DNA of 64,000 bases from an uncultured bacterium (lineage in GTDB: Bacteria > Arandabacterota > Arandabacteria > Arandabacterales > Arandabacteraceae). The position numbers and the translations under genes are program-made. The stretch spans positions 36,699 to 100,698 of the forward strand of contig CAYHHI010000004.1 of the NCBI GenBank assembly GCA_964356335.1, written 5' to 3'. The notes below the pieces were generated by a model. The model was not told the DNA's origin. It was given only the letters and a program-made list of their open reading frames with translations, and did not search any database. Shown one piece after another: positions 63,420 to 64,000 of this stretch (the stretch's first letter is position 1; every line of letters starts with the position of its first letter).

Positions 63420-64000
63420 GGCTTCTTTCGAAGAACCTTTACCCAGCCTATGCCGTCGACCATCACATAGTTCTGGAGTATCCAGTCCCGCACCGGCCCG
63501 GCATACTCACTGAAACTTTCCGACGTCTGGCCGATCTTCGCTCCCTCAAATGGTTCGGTGAGGAGAATGTAATTGGTGCCATGGGATTTTATGTCATCGA
63601 TGTATCGCTGCTCCTCCTCCCCCGAGAGTCTTCTCCTGTAGTGCGCATATCGGGTCGGGTTTCTTCTGTCGAAGAGGAAGTATAACGTTTGAAGCTGTGG
63701 GACTGCCAGCACATACTCGCCCGGCGAAGTGTCGGCATCCAGGAACCTCTTGATCCCCGAGAAGAACCTGGCTTCCCCGGGAGTGACATACACGGGTGCC
63801 CTCTTGAGATCGAGCCCGGTGTTGTTTCCGACTCTCACGAGCACCGATCCCAGATACTCGCTGTCGCCGACGCTCAAGCCCTCCTTCTGGAACCTGGCAC
63901 CTATCCCGGGGTTGGTTGTAGCGAGCGTGCAGGCGACAGTGACCCAGACGAGAGCCAGGGGAGCCCCCAGGAGTAGGACATATTTCAGCGCCAGGGACCC
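63416..64000 (-). CDS. hypothetical secreted/lipoprotein, 5' end beyond window
   Basis: The ORF is open to the window end. Its N-terminal region (...SLALKYVLLLGAPLALVWVTVAC...) looks like a signal peptide with lipobox. Its stop overlaps the next gene's start. Confidence 0.4.
   Translation of the reverse strand, partial: GSLALKYVLLLGAPLALVWVTVACTLATTNPGIGARFQKEGLSVGDSEYLGSVLVRVGNNTGLDLKRAPVYVTPGEARFFSGIKRFLDADTSPGEYVLAVPQLQTLYFLFDRRNPTRYAHYRRRLSGEEEQRYIDDIKSHGTNYILLTEPFEGAKIGQTSESFSEYAGPVRDWILQNYVMVDGIGWVKVLRKKP

Overview
This is a GC-rich bacterial chromosomal window with dense, mostly co-directional gene blocks. I found no rRNA, tRNA, CRISPR array or transposase/integrase by eye. The window contains about 42 protein-coding genes in these blocks:

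- Positions 1-13.4 kb hold a CoA-thioester metabolic island. It encodes a biotin-dependent acyl-CoA carboxylase (biotin carboxylase, carboxyltransferase and a BCCP with an unusual tandem biotinyl domain), a class-III aminotransferase with a CoA-acylating aldehyde dehydrogenase, and 2-oxoacid:ferredoxin oxidoreductase KorAB on the opposite strand. It also holds an archaeal-type HMG-CoA synthase / thiolase / DUF35 trio with a crotonase and a peroxiredoxin.
- Positions 13.4-20.8 kb hold a polytopic membrane protein, then a four-gene module. The module is an unclassifiable secreted protein, a YfbK-like vWA lipoprotein, a sensor histidine kinase and an OmpR-type regulator. Three TTTTACA direct repeats at 10-11 bp spacing sit upstream of it.
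- Positions 20.8-39 kb hold secreted M14, M28 and S8 peptidases with recurrent C-terminal T9SS-type sorting domains, plus ClpB, a rhomboid protease, an ECF sigma / ZAS anti-sigma pair and an HDAC-family enzyme. The block also contains an orphan rpmI, a sigma-54 activator with an atypical receiver domain, and pyruvate phosphate dikinase.
- Positions 39.2-42 kb hold an operon of a class-III aminotransferase, a glycine-rich DUF protein and an HD hydrolase.
- Positions 42-53.3 kb hold four large surface/lipoprotein genes sharing domains with each other, and a TolB-like lipoprotein with an internal tandem domain duplication.
- Positions 53.4-64 kb hold a cluster of polytopic membrane proteins that I read as putative GT-C-like glycosyltransferases (ArnT/PMT-like, TMTC-like with TPR, YfhO-like). 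With them are an MprF-type flippase-like protein, an alkaline-phosphatase-superfamily enzyme and a lipoprotein.

Several near-consensus sigma-70-type promoters, direct-repeat operator candidates and hairpin terminators are visible. The T9SS-type CTDs suggest an FCB-superphylum-like uncultured lineage; this is inference only.

The best candidates for undescribed biology are:

- the mosaic surface-protein cluster at 42-51 kb;
- the secreted DUF + vWA + two-component module at 15.3-20.8 kb;
- the GT-C / flippase / phosphotransferase envelope operon at 55.5-64 kb;
- the aminotransferase-DUF-HD operon at 39.2-42 kb.
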